Shown here in pieces: positions 9,001 to 18,394 of a stretch of DNA of 64,000 nucleotides. Location: assembly GCA_027317865.1 (NCBI GenBank), contig DAHVQG010000007.1, forward strand, positions 86,408 through 150,407. Reading direction: 5' to 3'. Numbering within the stretch: position 1 is the stretch's first letter; each line of letters begins with the position of its first letter. The DNA is from Bdellovibrionales bacterium. Lineage in GTDB: Bacteria > Bdellovibrionota > Bdellovibrionia > Bdellovibrionales > UBA1609. Below the pieces are notes generated by a model, which was not told the origin of the DNA, did no database searches, and saw only the letters and a program-made list of their open reading frames with translations. A program made the position numbers and the translations under genes.

Positions 9001-9074
9001 CAAAATGTTCTCGGTAAAGCTCGGAGGCGAGTTAATGGAGTGGTTTATTCAAAATTTTACGGAAGAGAGGACAA

Positions 9075-9938
9075 ATGAAAAATTCGGGAATGAATAATCT
9101 CAGAGAAGTTCGGAGAATTTATTCGGAGGTAGCACGGAGTAATTCCCTTGATTGTATTAAGCGTAACTCCAACAAGGGCAACTCGGCGCGAGGGCTAGCT
9201 GGGATCGAAGCTCCATGTCGAGCGGCAAAATACATTTTAAAAGGGGTAGCCGACGAGGACGGTCTGTTCCCTCACTATAAAACTTTTTGCAAGTCGTATA
9301 ACTGCGAGTTTTGTGGCCCCAGAAAGAGAGCCTTAATTCGACACGCAATTGCCCTTGCTATTGAAAAATACAAATTGATTTCCTTTGCGACACTAACGCT
9401 TGATCCGAAGACTTGCAAATGTGGGCCAGAGGGTTCGGCTAAATATATTCGGCGAGCATGGAATAAGTTTCGTGTACTTCAGAAACGTGAATTTAACAGG
9501 GGGTTAGAGTTTGTCGCAGTAATTGAGTTTCAGAAAAATGGCTACGCTCATCTTCATATTGTGTTTGATCGGTATATCCCGCACACATGGTTGAAAGAAA
9601 AGTGGGTGAACGTTGGCGGCGGTAAAATCGTAGACGTTAGAAAATGTGATGCGAAAGCATCATACTATCTTGCAAAATACTTGGGCAAAGAATTGCTCCC
9701 AGAATATGCACAGAAGATTCGACGGTACTCAACGTCAAAAAACATCAACTTAAATCGCTTATTAAAGGAAAACCGTAAAAACGATGGTTCGATATATGAG
9801 TTTGTAAAAATAAGTGAGCAAGACGCGAGAGATATTCTTAAAGAATATATCGAGGCCGATATTCTTGACCCTAAAGATCATATTTTAGGCTTCAAAGCGA
9901 GCAAATCATTAAATACAGAACACGGGGAGGCAATTTGA
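9075..9938 (+). CDS. HUH-superfamily rolling-circle replication initiator (Rep)
   Basis: Motif 1 FATLTLDPK, HUH motif YAHLHIVFD, Tyr motif ASYYLAKYLGKE. The N-terminal CEFCGPRK is Zn-finger-like. Confidence 0.65.
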   Translation: MKNSGMNNLREVRRIYSEVARSNSLDCIKRNSNKGNSARGLAGIEAPCRAAKYILKGVADEDGLFPHYKTFCKSYNCEFCGPRKRALIRHAIALAIEKYKLISFATLTLDPKTCKCGPEGSAKYIRRAWNKFRVLQKREFNRGLEFVAVIEFQKNGYAHLHIVFDRYIPHTWLKEKWVNVGGGKIVDVRKCDAKASYYLAKYLGKELLPEYAQKIRRYSTSKNINLNRLLKENRKNDGSIYEFVKISEQDARDILKEYIEADILDPKDHILGFKASKSLNTEHGEAI

Positions 9939-10046
9939 ATAATTTTAATTTGAGAAACAAAACTATTTTAAATTTATCGAATTTATATGTGTTGTTGCCA
10001 CAAAATCGAAAAATGAGAACACGTTACGTAAACGTAGAGGTGGATC

Positions 10047-10451
10047 GTGCTGATCAGTGAGTTGCTGGACCAATTGCCAGCCGAAATGCCATGCCCCGTG
10101 TGTTACAACCTTAAAAAGTTAAAGCTAAGTAAGAAACGTCGTCCATATTGGACCTGCAATGACTGTTGGTTGCAGGTGTTTGCCCGAGGAGACAGGTCTA
10201 TAGAGGTCTTGAAGGAATTAAATAAAATTTCGAAAGTAACCTCAAAGTTTAAGGGGGAGAAAATTGCGGCTGGAATCGTCATACAGACGATACAACGTAA
10301 ATTAAAAATTAAGTCAGAAATTAAACAAATTCGGGGCAAAAAATTTATTTTAACTGATGACGACGATTTCAAAAAAATTAGAAGTCTTGAAGTTGAACTA
10401 GATGAAATTCAGAAAATTTTGAATCGATTTTCAGGATTGCCAGAGAATTAA
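10047..10451 (+). CDS. Hypothetical Zn-ribbon plus coiled-coil protein
   Basis: CPVCYN...(17 aa)...CNDCW, followed by a charged helical tail. GTG start. Confidence 0.4.
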   Translation: MLISELLDQLPAEMPCPVCYNLKKLKLSKKRRPYWTCNDCWLQVFARGDRSIEVLKELNKISKVTSKFKGEKIAAGIVIQTIQRKLKIKSEIKQIRGKKFILTDDDDFKKIRSLEVELDEIQKILNRFSGLPEN

Positions 10452-10549
10452 TTTAAAAAATAAAGGGCTCGAATAGCACAAAATGATCAGCGAGGGGTGC
10501 GTATATTTTATCTGAGGATCGAATATATTTATTAAGGGGAATATTTATT

Positions 10550-10861
10550 ATGAATAATTTAAAAAATTCGCATTTTTCGAAATTATCAGTTCTACAAGGC
10601 CCTTCAAATACGTTAAATAATAAAAACTCATCGCTCTTTCAAAATAGAATAGGTACGGCTGATGCCATTGATGACTCCGGCGAGTGGTTGACGACTGACG
10701 AGGCGGCTGAATATTTGCGAATTTCACCGGCTAGCTTGCGAAATTTATCGAGCAGTGGTCGGGTCCCGTATTACAAATGGCAAAGGCGAAATAGATATAA
10801 GAAAAATGACCTCAGAGACCTCCTTCTCGCCAACAGAAGAGGGAGAATAATATGGGAGTAA
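10550..10861 (+). CDS. Excisionase / MerR-type HTH DNA-binding protein
   Basis: C-terminal WLTTDEAAEYLRISPASLRNLSSSGRVPYYKWQRRNRYKKNDL matches the excisionase-family HTH_17 pattern. Its stop overlaps the integrase start (ATGGGAGTAA). Confidence 0.6.
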   Translation: MNNLKNSHFSKLSVLQGPSNTLNNKNSSLFQNRIGTADAIDDSGEWLTTDEAAEYLRISPASLRNLSSSGRVPYYKWQRRNRYKKNDLRDLLLANRRGRIIWE

Positions 10862-11955
10862 AATTCAATGATCGAACCGGTTTTTATGAGGCATCATATA
10901 GCCAGCGGCACCCGATAACGAGGATGCCCGTTACACTGCGACGCTTACGAATAAGAACAAAATCTGAAGCTGAACGAGTTTATCGGGAGTTGATTGTATC
11001 AGTTAACGACAAAATTCGGCGAAAGACGATTCCCGACTGGCCGACCGCTGTTGAAGCATATCTTAAACACGCGCTAAATGAAGGATTCATGTCGATCACG
11101 ATAGAGAACTATCGGCTTTGTTTAACGGCTCATACTTTTGGTCCGTGGTGTGACAAACTGATCGATCAAATTTCAACGGATGAAATTCGCGAGCTGATTC
11201 GAGGCAAAGAAAAATCGCACTCGGTATCAACTCAAAAGAGCATATTGAAAATGATTCGTGGTGTTTTCAAGTATGCCGTTGAAAAGAACTTCGTGAGTCG
11301 AGACCCTACTCCACACATGAAGTTTCGAATCGGTGACAAAATCAAACGTGTGTTGGCCGAGAGCCAGGCGTCGATGTTGCTGCATAAGGCGCAGGAGTTA
11401 AACAGCGAATGGTATCCGATTTGGGCAATGGCGCTTTATACGGGGATGCGAAACGGTGAACTGTACGCGCTGACTTGGGATAAAGTGAGCTTCGAGCGGA
11501 ATTTTGTGTTGGTCGATACTTCGTGGAATAACAAGGATGGGTTCAAATCTACGAAAACCGGCGACGACCGAATCATAGACATAGCCCCGCACCTCCTGAG
11601 TCTATTGAAAGAACTCAAATTGCAAAGTGCTGATCGTGCGTTTGTACTTCCGCGAATTCAAAAGTGGGACGATGGTTACCAGGCCGAGGTATTGCGACAA
11701 TTTTTGATCGGCATCAACATTCCGCCCGTTCGATTTCACGATTTGAGAGCTTCGTGGGCAACGATGCTTCTCAATAAAGGTGTCGAGCCAGTGAAAGTGA
11801 TGGCAATGGGCGGATGGAAAGACATCAAAACCATGATGATTTACATGCGGAAAGCTGGAGTCGATATCAAAGGGAGCGCGAGCTGTTTGACGTTTCATGA
11901 ACCGAACCGTGGTTCAGCCAAGGTCCTAAATTTCGACTCTGGAAGCACGCCGTAG
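10852..11955 (+). CDS. Tyrosine recombinase / phage-type integrase
   Basis: ALYTGMRNGEL (Arg I), HDLRASWATMLL (HxxR), GGWKDIKTMMIYMRK (catalytic Tyr). The N-terminus is SAM-like. Confidence 0.9.
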   Translation: MGVKFNDRTGFYEASYSQRHPITRMPVTLRRLRIRTKSEAERVYRELIVSVNDKIRRKTIPDWPTAVEAYLKHALNEGFMSITIENYRLCLTAHTFGPWCDKLIDQISTDEIRELIRGKEKSHSVSTQKSILKMIRGVFKYAVEKNFVSRDPTPHMKFRIGDKIKRVLAESQASMLLHKAQELNSEWYPIWAMALYTGMRNGELYALTWDKVSFERNFVLVDTSWNNKDGFKSTKTGDDRIIDIAPHLLSLLKELKLQSADRAFVLPRIQKWDDGYQAEVLRQFLIGINIPPVRFHDLRASWATMLLNKGVEPVKVMAMGGWKDIKTMMIYMRKAGVDIKGSASCLTFHEPNRGSAKVLNFDSGSTP

Positions 11956-11992
11956 TTTGACGAAGTGCGCACCAAAGATTGTTCAGTTACTT

Positions 11993-12013
11993 AGGTGGCG
12001 AAGGCCGCCACCT
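11993..12013. terminator. GC-rich hairpin between convergent int and the chromosomal gene (possible bidirectional terminator or att-proximal structure)
   Basis: aggtggcg-aaggc-cgccacct. It has an 8-bp stem and no clear T-tract. Confidence 0.3.
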
Positions 12014-12045
12014 CCAAATTCAAGAGTTGTGATCCTGCATGGCGC

Positions 12046-12600
12046 CTATTGATTCAAAAACCGGACTTTCAACACCGGATGAAGCTCGATACCGTTCGGA
12101 GCCGAACCGCCCGCATGCGGAAAATCAAAAAATGCGACACCCGTAACTGATGCTGGGATGTTAACTCTTGTTCCACCGCTCCAGTTCTGTTTCAAATAAG
12201 ATCGTGCGGCGCTAATTAACGGCAAAAACGGACTTGAAGCCCCGACGCAGCTTGGAGAGGGGATCTCAGTGACCATGGTGTTACCGGAAGAATCTTGCAC
12301 GAGTAAATGGTAATCGTCGTCGGCTTCATGGCGAATTTCGATGATCGTCGCGTGAATATTAAAAACCGTATCTTCGGTCGGTGCGATCCGTGAATGTTGC
12401 GGATATGCATTCCACCTTGGCGGGTTAAACGGCAGAGGCAGTGAAACGAGGTTCGCGATCGTAGTTGGTTGAACATTATTAACGTTCACCTGTTGGGCAT
12501 CTCGATCCGTTCCGGTTTTTACCGACCATCGCCATTTGCCACACGCCAATGCCTGGCTCGACACAAATGCGAGCGCAATACTAAGTATTAACCCTTTCAT
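12046..12600 (-). CDS. Hypothetical secreted protein
   Basis: N-terminal signal peptide MKGLILSIALAFVSSQALA. No recognised motif. Confidence 0.5.
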   Translation of the reverse strand: MKGLILSIALAFVSSQALACGKWRWSVKTGTDRDAQQVNVNNVQPTTIANLVSLPLPFNPPRWNAYPQHSRIAPTEDTVFNIHATIIEIRHEADDDYHLLVQDSSGNTMVTEIPSPSCVGASSPFLPLISAARSYLKQNWSGGTRVNIPASVTGVAFFDFPHAGGSAPNGIELHPVLKVRFLNQ

Positions 12601-12758
12601 TGATCCCCCCCTTGCGCGAGTTACGCGTCTTTGGTCTTGATCATCCCAAGAAAAAAATTGATTTGTCGAGCACCAGAATTGTTACTTTCAATACTAAAGT
12701 CCTGGTTTCAAACAAACTTCTAACATGACAAAATTGTTCAACAATTCCAATTGTTGAG

Positions 12759-13616
12759 TTATGGGGCATTCGGATGGGCAGCGTCAAATTCTTTTTCGGC
12801 GCGCTCGTTCCATTTGAGCACACCCCACTGGGCGTTTTCATAAGCATTTGTATAGTCAAAGCTAAGCAGGATAAGCCCTCCAAGGCCCAAGGTCGCGTCA
12901 GCCCAAGTTACGTTTTGATTTTTGATTCCAACGTACGTCGGATAAGCTATGGCCAAAGCACCGAGTATCGCCGCAGCCAGACGAATAGCTCCACCCTTGT
13001 CGTCGCCGACGTAAAATTGCCCCAAGCCTGGAATTAGAGACCGCGCGTCGGCAACTCGCTTAGATCTCCATGGTACTTTTTCAGCTTCGTGCGCATAGAC
13101 TGCAAGTTGCGATTTGGGATCTTCGTGAATCAATTCGTTAAACGCATCGTTCGGATTGGTGTGTTTAAACCCGGTCACTCCAACAGACCGCAAAGCCCAA
13201 CCCAGCCGATACAGTACAAGCGGTTGCAGTTTCGAGTTCGGGTAACGTTTAAGAAATGACTCCCAAATTTGTACAGCCGCATCGGGAGCGCGAACGCGAA
13301 GATTAAAAAGATCGAAAGAACTCGCCAAAGACTGAAAAAGCGGAAAATCAGTAGCTGCGGCCAACACTTCGGTAAATAGCGTTTTGTTCGAGCGCGGCGG
13401 TTGTTCAAACCGGTAGCGATAAAAACTTTCGGCTTGCATGAACATCGTACGCTCTGCGGGCGAAACCTTCATGCCATCCACCAGAACTAGTGTGCGTTGC
13501 AAGCGGCGCTGCGCTCTTAGATAAGTGGGATCGTTTTTCTGAATTAAAATCGGCGGGCTCGCACAGCCGGTAATAGCGACAACCGCGAACATAAAAATGA
13601 GATACAATTTCTTCAT
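12759..13616 (-). CDS. Lipoprotein with a helical-repeat N-domain and C-terminal TM segments
   Basis: Lipobox VVAITGC. The C-terminus has hydrophobic helices (AIRLAAAILGALAIAY, LGLGGLILLSF). Confidence 0.5.
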   Translation of the reverse strand: MKKLYLIFMFAVVAITGCASPPILIQKNDPTYLRAQRRLQRTLVLVDGMKVSPAERTMFMQAESFYRYRFEQPPRSNKTLFTEVLAAATDFPLFQSLASSFDLFNLRVRAPDAAVQIWESFLKRYPNSKLQPLVLYRLGWALRSVGVTGFKHTNPNDAFNELIHEDPKSQLAVYAHEAEKVPWRSKRVADARSLIPGLGQFYVGDDKGGAIRLAAAILGALAIAYPTYVGIKNQNVTWADATLGLGGLILLSFDYTNAYENAQWGVLKWNERAEKEFDAAHPNAP

Positions 13617-13665
13617 CGGCGCTTTAATTTGACCCGCAAAATTTTATTGGAGCAAGATAATAAAA

Positions 13666-14151
13666 ATGACTAAAAATTTTAAATTGCCGCGATGGGTACT
13701 TTATTATCGTGAACTTTTCTTTCGCATTGCAATTTTGCTTAAAGGTCTCGACGGCATTCTTGAAATTTTAGGCGGCGCCGCTTTTTTCTCGGTTGGCCCG
13801 CGGTTCATCGTCAAAGTTGTAGGCTTTCTCACGCAGGACGAAATCGCCGAAGACCCTCATGATGTGGTTGCCAATTTTCTGCGCCGTACGGCGGCCCATC
13901 TCTCGCTTTCTGGTGAGCACTTTATTGGAGCGTATTTGCTCATCGACGGAGTAATTAAAATCGCGTTGGTTGCCGCGCTTTTGAAACGGGTTCGCGGCGC
14001 TTACCCTGTCGCCGTCACCATTTTTTTCGCACTGTTTATTTATGAGTTTTACCGCTTCGCCATACATCCGAGTTTCGCGTTACTTATACTTTCGGCGGTG
14101 GACTTGATCGTGATCAGTTTAATTCTGATCGAGTACCGGTTCATGGCCTAA
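13666..14151 (+). CDS. Small integral membrane protein (DUF2127-like)
   Basis: 4 predicted TM helices. The N-terminal pattern RIAILLKGLDGILEILGG resembles DUF2127. Confidence 0.45.
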   Translation: MTKNFKLPRWVLYYRELFFRIAILLKGLDGILEILGGAAFFSVGPRFIVKVVGFLTQDEIAEDPHDVVANFLRRTAAHLSLSGEHFIGAYLLIDGVIKIALVAALLKRVRGAYPVAVTIFFALFIYEFYRFAIHPSFALLILSAVDLIVISLILIEYRFMA

Positions 14152-14247
14152 AAAAAATTTGCGAGTGCGGTTTAACGAACTGTTTAACTGTATGACGTAC
14201 TTGTCATTGACATCAAAACCTCACTCTGATCGAATAGCGCAAATTTC

Positions 14248-15801
14248 ATGCAGGGGGGATATATGGGGGAGCGTTCATGGAAAGTCGTATTTCTTTTAGG
14301 GTTAGCATGCACAGTCGTCGCCGCCGGCGCGGTCGCTGCGACGATTGTGTATAAGGCAACCACGAGCATAAGTTCTGATCCTTATAGTGTACAATTACAG
14401 AAATCTGAGGTTGAACCGGATACGTACGCTTTTGGTTCAACAATTGTAGCGGCCTTTCAAGTTGGCCGATTTGCAGGCGGGGGTGCTCTCAACATTGGTT
14501 GGGCGACTTCACATGATAACGGTAAAACATGGCAGCATGGTTTCATGCCGGGCATAACAAAATACCAAGGCAATGGACAATATGATCGGACAAGTGACGC
14601 GTCAGTTGCCTACGACGCCAAATATAACGTTTGGATGGTTTCGTCGCTTGCCGTTTACGACAGTGGCGGCGCACAACCGTTTAGTCCGGGGCTTTCAGTT
14701 CCAGCTGTCGTGTTGAACCGCTCCACAGATGGCGGGTTAACCTGGCAAGCGCCCGTATATGTTTTCAACGAGGGCCATCAAGGTTTTGTCGATAAAAACT
14801 GGACAACCTGTGACAATTGGCCAACGTCGCCTTATTACGGCAACTGCTATACCGAATTTGATGCGCCTCAATCGCGCAATATGATTTACATGTCAACTTC
14901 GACCGACGGTGGCCTGACGTGGAGTTCACCACAAACCACGGCCGACGTTGCAAACGGCCTGGGTGGTCAACCGCTCGTGCAACCCAATGGTACGGTCGTT
15001 GTGCCGATCGGCAACGGAACGTTGAGTGGTTTGCAGTCATTTGTCTCGCGCGACGGCGGTATGACCTGGAGCGCTTCTCAACCCATTACTCAAATTGATC
15101 CACACCCTGTGGCGAATAGTTTGCGTGCACCGCCTTTGCCGAGCGCGGCCGTCGATGCCACCGGGAGAATTTATGTAGCGTGGTCCGATTGCCGTTTTGA
15201 GGCGAACTGTTCGGCAAACGATATTGTTATGACAACGTCAATGGACGGCATCAATTGGACCCCTGTGGTTCGAATCCCCACCGAAGCCGTCGACAGTAAT
15301 GTTGATCATTTTCTTCCGGCGCTTGCAGTCGATCGCAGTACCGGCGGTGCAACCGCGCATTTGAGTCTGATGTATTATTATTATCCGCAGGCCGACTGTG
15401 CGGGTACCAATTGTGAATTGCGCGTGGCTACAATGCAGTCAACGGACGGCGGCGTAAGCTGGACCAAACCAATTGAGATTAGTTCTCATTCCGTCTCGTG
15501 GAGAACGGTTCCGATGACCAGTCAGGGGCCGATGGTGGGCGATTATATGTCGAGCTCGTTTGTCGACGGTGGAGTAGCGTTGCCGGTGTTTGGCATGAGT
15601 TCATTACTGGCGGATGGCCGCATTAACGATGCTGTCGGTCTCGTGATGGACACAACGGCGCAAAACTTGACCTCTGAATTCTCGCGCGCCCTTGCGTGGT
15701 CGCGGCTTGAAGAAAATCAGCCCCGCGTCTTTGTAAAACCAGAACCCGTTTTGAGTACGCGTTCAAACCAATTTGGCAAGCGCTGGTCGTATTTGTTTTA
15801 A
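14248..15801 (+). CDS. Secreted BNR/Asp-box repeat protein (sialidase/glycosyl-hydrolase-like beta-propeller)
   Basis: Repeated SxDxGxTW boxes: SHDNGKTW, STDGGLTW (x2), SRDGGMTW, STDGGVSW, plus the degenerate SMDGINW. N-terminal signal/TM segment. Confidence 0.75.
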   Translation: MQGGYMGERSWKVVFLLGLACTVVAAGAVAATIVYKATTSISSDPYSVQLQKSEVEPDTYAFGSTIVAAFQVGRFAGGGALNIGWATSHDNGKTWQHGFMPGITKYQGNGQYDRTSDASVAYDAKYNVWMVSSLAVYDSGGAQPFSPGLSVPAVVLNRSTDGGLTWQAPVYVFNEGHQGFVDKNWTTCDNWPTSPYYGNCYTEFDAPQSRNMIYMSTSTDGGLTWSSPQTTADVANGLGGQPLVQPNGTVVVPIGNGTLSGLQSFVSRDGGMTWSASQPITQIDPHPVANSLRAPPLPSAAVDATGRIYVAWSDCRFEANCSANDIVMTTSMDGINWTPVVRIPTEAVDSNVDHFLPALAVDRSTGGATAHLSLMYYYYPQADCAGTNCELRVATMQSTDGGVSWTKPIEISSHSVSWRTVPMTSQGPMVGDYMSSSFVDGGVALPVFGMSSLLADGRINDAVGLVMDTTAQNLTSEFSRALAWSRLEENQPRVFVKPEPVLSTRSNQFGKRWSYLF

Positions 15802-15828
15802 TATTAAATCGCACACCGGGGTGGGAAT

Positions 15829-17352
15829 ATGACGAATGAATCAAGCTCCAACAACTCGGTCGGATATAATCCGCCGAAAGGTTCAACGGCGCGTATAGAT
15901 TGGTCTTCGCGTGACGGCAAAAGCGAAGAGATTGAAGTCACCGCCGAGTGGATTGTGTTGCGTAAAAAAGAAAAACCGTCGGCTGAAATTTTCAATACGT
16001 ACTACCGTTTGGTTCAGCCACAAAATTCGAAAAATGGAATTCGTCGCGCCATAACGTTTGTATTAAACGGTGGACCTGGTGCCGCTTCGGCTTATTTGCA
16101 CCTCGGAGGTTTGGGGCCACAGCGCGTTTGTTTCAATAAGGACGGCTCAAAATTACCACCTCCGGCAAAGTTAACGAACAACACCGAAAGCTGGATCGAA
16201 TTTACAGATTTAGTTTTCATCGACCCTGTAGGGACTGGGTTTAGTCGCGTGGTTGAAAGTGATGCCCTGGCCCCCGCTTCGGTCAGCGCGGCTCAAAAAG
16301 ACACATCGGACAAAAGCAAAGTCACCGACGAAAAAGAATATTACGGGCTCAACCGTGACCTCGAGTCGCTCGGGGAATTTATCGAGCGGTTTCTCTCGAA
16401 ATATAAACTTTGGGATGTTCCCGTATACATTGCCGGTGAAAGCTACGGCGGGTTTCGAACGGCAAAACTCGCAAGACGGTTACAAGAAAAACACGGCATT
16501 GGTTTGAGCGCCGTAATTGCAATTTCGCCGGCGCTCGAGTGGGCACTGCTCAACGACGGCGATTACGATGTTTTGCGGTCTGTGGACACTTTTTGTTCGA
16601 TGGCTCTCGGTGCCGCATTTCACGGCCGCTCGCGCGTGTTTAAAAAAGGCGATTCGATTGAAAAGATGCGCCCCACAATCGAATCGTTTGCGACAAAAGA
16701 GCTAGCGCACGCTTTGATGGTGGGTACGGCGCATGAACCGGCCGAGCTCGAGAAGGTTTTTTGCAAAACTGCCGATTTTCTCGGTTTGCCTGAGCAAATG
16801 GTGAAACGGGCGCATGGTCGCATACCGTTTTGGCGTTTTTCGCGTGAACTGCTACGTGATCAACAACGCATTGTCAGTTGGTATGACGCCACTCTGACGA
16901 CGATTGACCCGTATCCAGATCGCGAGATGAACGAAGCTCCTGATCCGAGTCTAGTTGGCGACGAACACATATTCGAAAGCGGTATCAACCAATTGTTGCG
17001 CGCGCGCATCGGTGTCGAAACGGAACGGCGCTACGAATCGCTGAACCTCGAAGTCTATACGGTTTGGAAGCGCGACGACTCAAAACATGCTTTCGATGGA
17101 CCGGCAGGCAGTGTCGACGATTTGCGATATGCCATGAGTTTGAATCCTGAAATGAAGGTTTTAATCGTGCACGGTTATTACGACATGATTACCCCTTACT
17201 TTTCGTCTGAGCGTTTAGTTGAGCAGATGAAGCTGTTGCCCGAGAGTCGCCGTAATCTCACGCTTAAATATTTTTCTGGAGGGCACATGTTTTATACATG
17301 GGAGGAATCGCGGATCGCATTTCGAGACTATTGCCGCAATTATTACGAGTAA
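15829..17352 (+). CDS. Peptidase S10 family serine carboxypeptidase
   Basis: LNGGPGAASAY, catalytic Ser motif IAGESYGGF, C-terminal GGHMFY His motif. Confidence 0.75.
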   Translation: MTNESSSNNSVGYNPPKGSTARIDWSSRDGKSEEIEVTAEWIVLRKKEKPSAEIFNTYYRLVQPQNSKNGIRRAITFVLNGGPGAASAYLHLGGLGPQRVCFNKDGSKLPPPAKLTNNTESWIEFTDLVFIDPVGTGFSRVVESDALAPASVSAAQKDTSDKSKVTDEKEYYGLNRDLESLGEFIERFLSKYKLWDVPVYIAGESYGGFRTAKLARRLQEKHGIGLSAVIAISPALEWALLNDGDYDVLRSVDTFCSMALGAAFHGRSRVFKKGDSIEKMRPTIESFATKELAHALMVGTAHEPAELEKVFCKTADFLGLPEQMVKRAHGRIPFWRFSRELLRDQQRIVSWYDATLTTIDPYPDREMNEAPDPSLVGDEHIFESGINQLLRARIGVETERRYESLNLEVYTVWKRDDSKHAFDGPAGSVDDLRYAMSLNPEMKVLIVHGYYDMITPYFSSERLVEQMKLLPESRRNLTLKYFSGGHMFYTWEESRIAFRDYCRNYYE

Positions 17353-17385
17353 CGAAAACGTTTTTTAGGTTAAGGGAGAACATTT

Positions 17386-17805
17386 ATGAAATATGCAGTG
17401 GCGCTGGGCAGAGTTTTATTTTCGTTGATTTTTATTGTGGGCGGCCTTGGTCATTTTTCGTCTTCGACCATTTCTTGGGCCGCAAGCCAAGGTGTCCCGC
17501 TCGCACATCTCTTGGTGCCGCTTGCCGGTATTATGGCGATTGCCGGAGGCCTCAGCATCATTTTGGGATATCGCGCGCGCTACGGCGCATTGTTGCTGAT
17601 TTTGTTTTTAATACCGGTGACACTTATGATGCATGCGTTTTGGAGGGTTTCAGATCCTTCCATGCACGATATACAACAAATCATGTTTCTCAAAAATCTT
17701 TCGATGCTCGGCGGAGCGATATTAATTTTTCATTTTGGCTCCGGCCCGATGAGCTTAGATAACTTGAAGCGCAACTCGTCACAGAGTAAATCTGTCGTCG
17801 AGTGA
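17386..17805 (+). CDS. DoxX family membrane protein
   Basis: ~140 aa with 4 TM helices. N-terminal [18 protein letters not shown] is the DoxX pattern. Confidence 0.65.
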   Translation: MKYAVALGRVLFSLIFIVGGLGHFSSSTISWAASQGVPLAHLLVPLAGIMAIAGGLSIILGYRARYGALLLILFLIPVTLMMHAFWRVSDPSMHDIQQIMFLKNLSMLGGAILIFHFGSGPMSLDNLKRNSSQSKSVVE

Positions 17806-17833
17806 GGCGGCGCGATTTAAGGAGAAGATTTTA

Positions 17834-18394
17834 GTGCATCCGTGGCATGATGTCGAAATTAGTGACGGCGAACAATTAAAAAACGCAAACATCGTGAACG
17901 CCGTCATAGAAATACCGAAAGGGTCGAAAATCAAATACGAGCTAGATAAAAAGAGCGGTCTAATCAAAGTGGACCGCGTTTTATTTAGCAGCGTTCATTA
18001 CCCCGCTAATTATGGTTTTATACCTCGTACCTATTGCGAAGACAAAGATCCGCTAGATGTATTGGTTCTGGGGCAAGAGTCGGTTGTACCACTGGCGGTC
18101 ATGCGCGCAAAAATTATCGGAGTTATGCGTATGCAAGATCAGGGGGTCGCCGACGATAAGCTGATCGCGGTTCATGCCGATGATCCGGAATACGCACACT
18201 ATCAAACAATTGGTGATTTGCCGCCTCATCGCATGACCGAAGTGCAGCGATTTTTTGAAGACTATAAAATTCTTGAACACAAAAAGGTTGTGGTTGAGAA
18301 ATTTTTAGACCACGAGGCAGCAATGCAAATTCTCAAAAATGCGATTGGTCTTTATCGGACCAAATTTTCAAAATCCGATATTGAGCAGCGGTGA
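17834..18394 (+). CDS. ppa: Inorganic pyrophosphatase (family I)
   Basis: [45 protein letters not shown] start after the SD aaggaga. Confidence 0.9.
   Translation: MHPWHDVEISDGEQLKNANIVNAVIEIPKGSKIKYELDKKSGLIKVDRVLFSSVHYPANYGFIPRTYCEDKDPLDVLVLGQESVVPLAVMRAKIIGVMRMQDQGVADDKLIAVHADDPEYAHYQTIGDLPPHRMTEVQRFFEDYKILEHKKVVVEKFLDHEAAMQILKNAIGLYRTKFSKSDIEQR

Larger units (their letters stand above)
1..12045. mobile_element. Integrated mobile genetic element (integrative plasmid-, satellite- or prophage-like). The right end carries xis-int; the left end is outside the window.
   Basis: Tyrosine integrase and excisionase lie at the right edge, next to a compositional change to GC-richer housekeeping genes (judged by eye). 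The element also has an XRE repressor with a divergent switch region, a HUH Rep, PolA, an exonuclease and a defence-like cassette. No att repeat could be identified because the left end is not in the window. Confidence 0.6.

Noticed and set aside
11993-12020. Hairpin followed by ...CACCTCCA, considered as a tRNA 3'-end fragment serving as the integrase att site
   Set aside because: The 7-nt loop (GAAGGCC in the tRNA-like register) does not match the TPsiC consensus. No acceptor-stem complement or upstream tRNA body is present.
12737-12754. Palindrome caacaatt-cc-aattgttg just downstream of the lipoprotein gene stop, considered as a terminator
   Set aside because: The loop is only 2 nt, the stem is AT-rich and the T-tract is poor. 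This is too weak to call.
15267-15277. tRNA T-loop-like string GGTTCGAATCC
   Set aside because: It is inside the BNR-repeat CDS (it encodes ...VVRIPT...). The flanks give only 2 bp of T-stem and there is no acceptor or anticodon arm.
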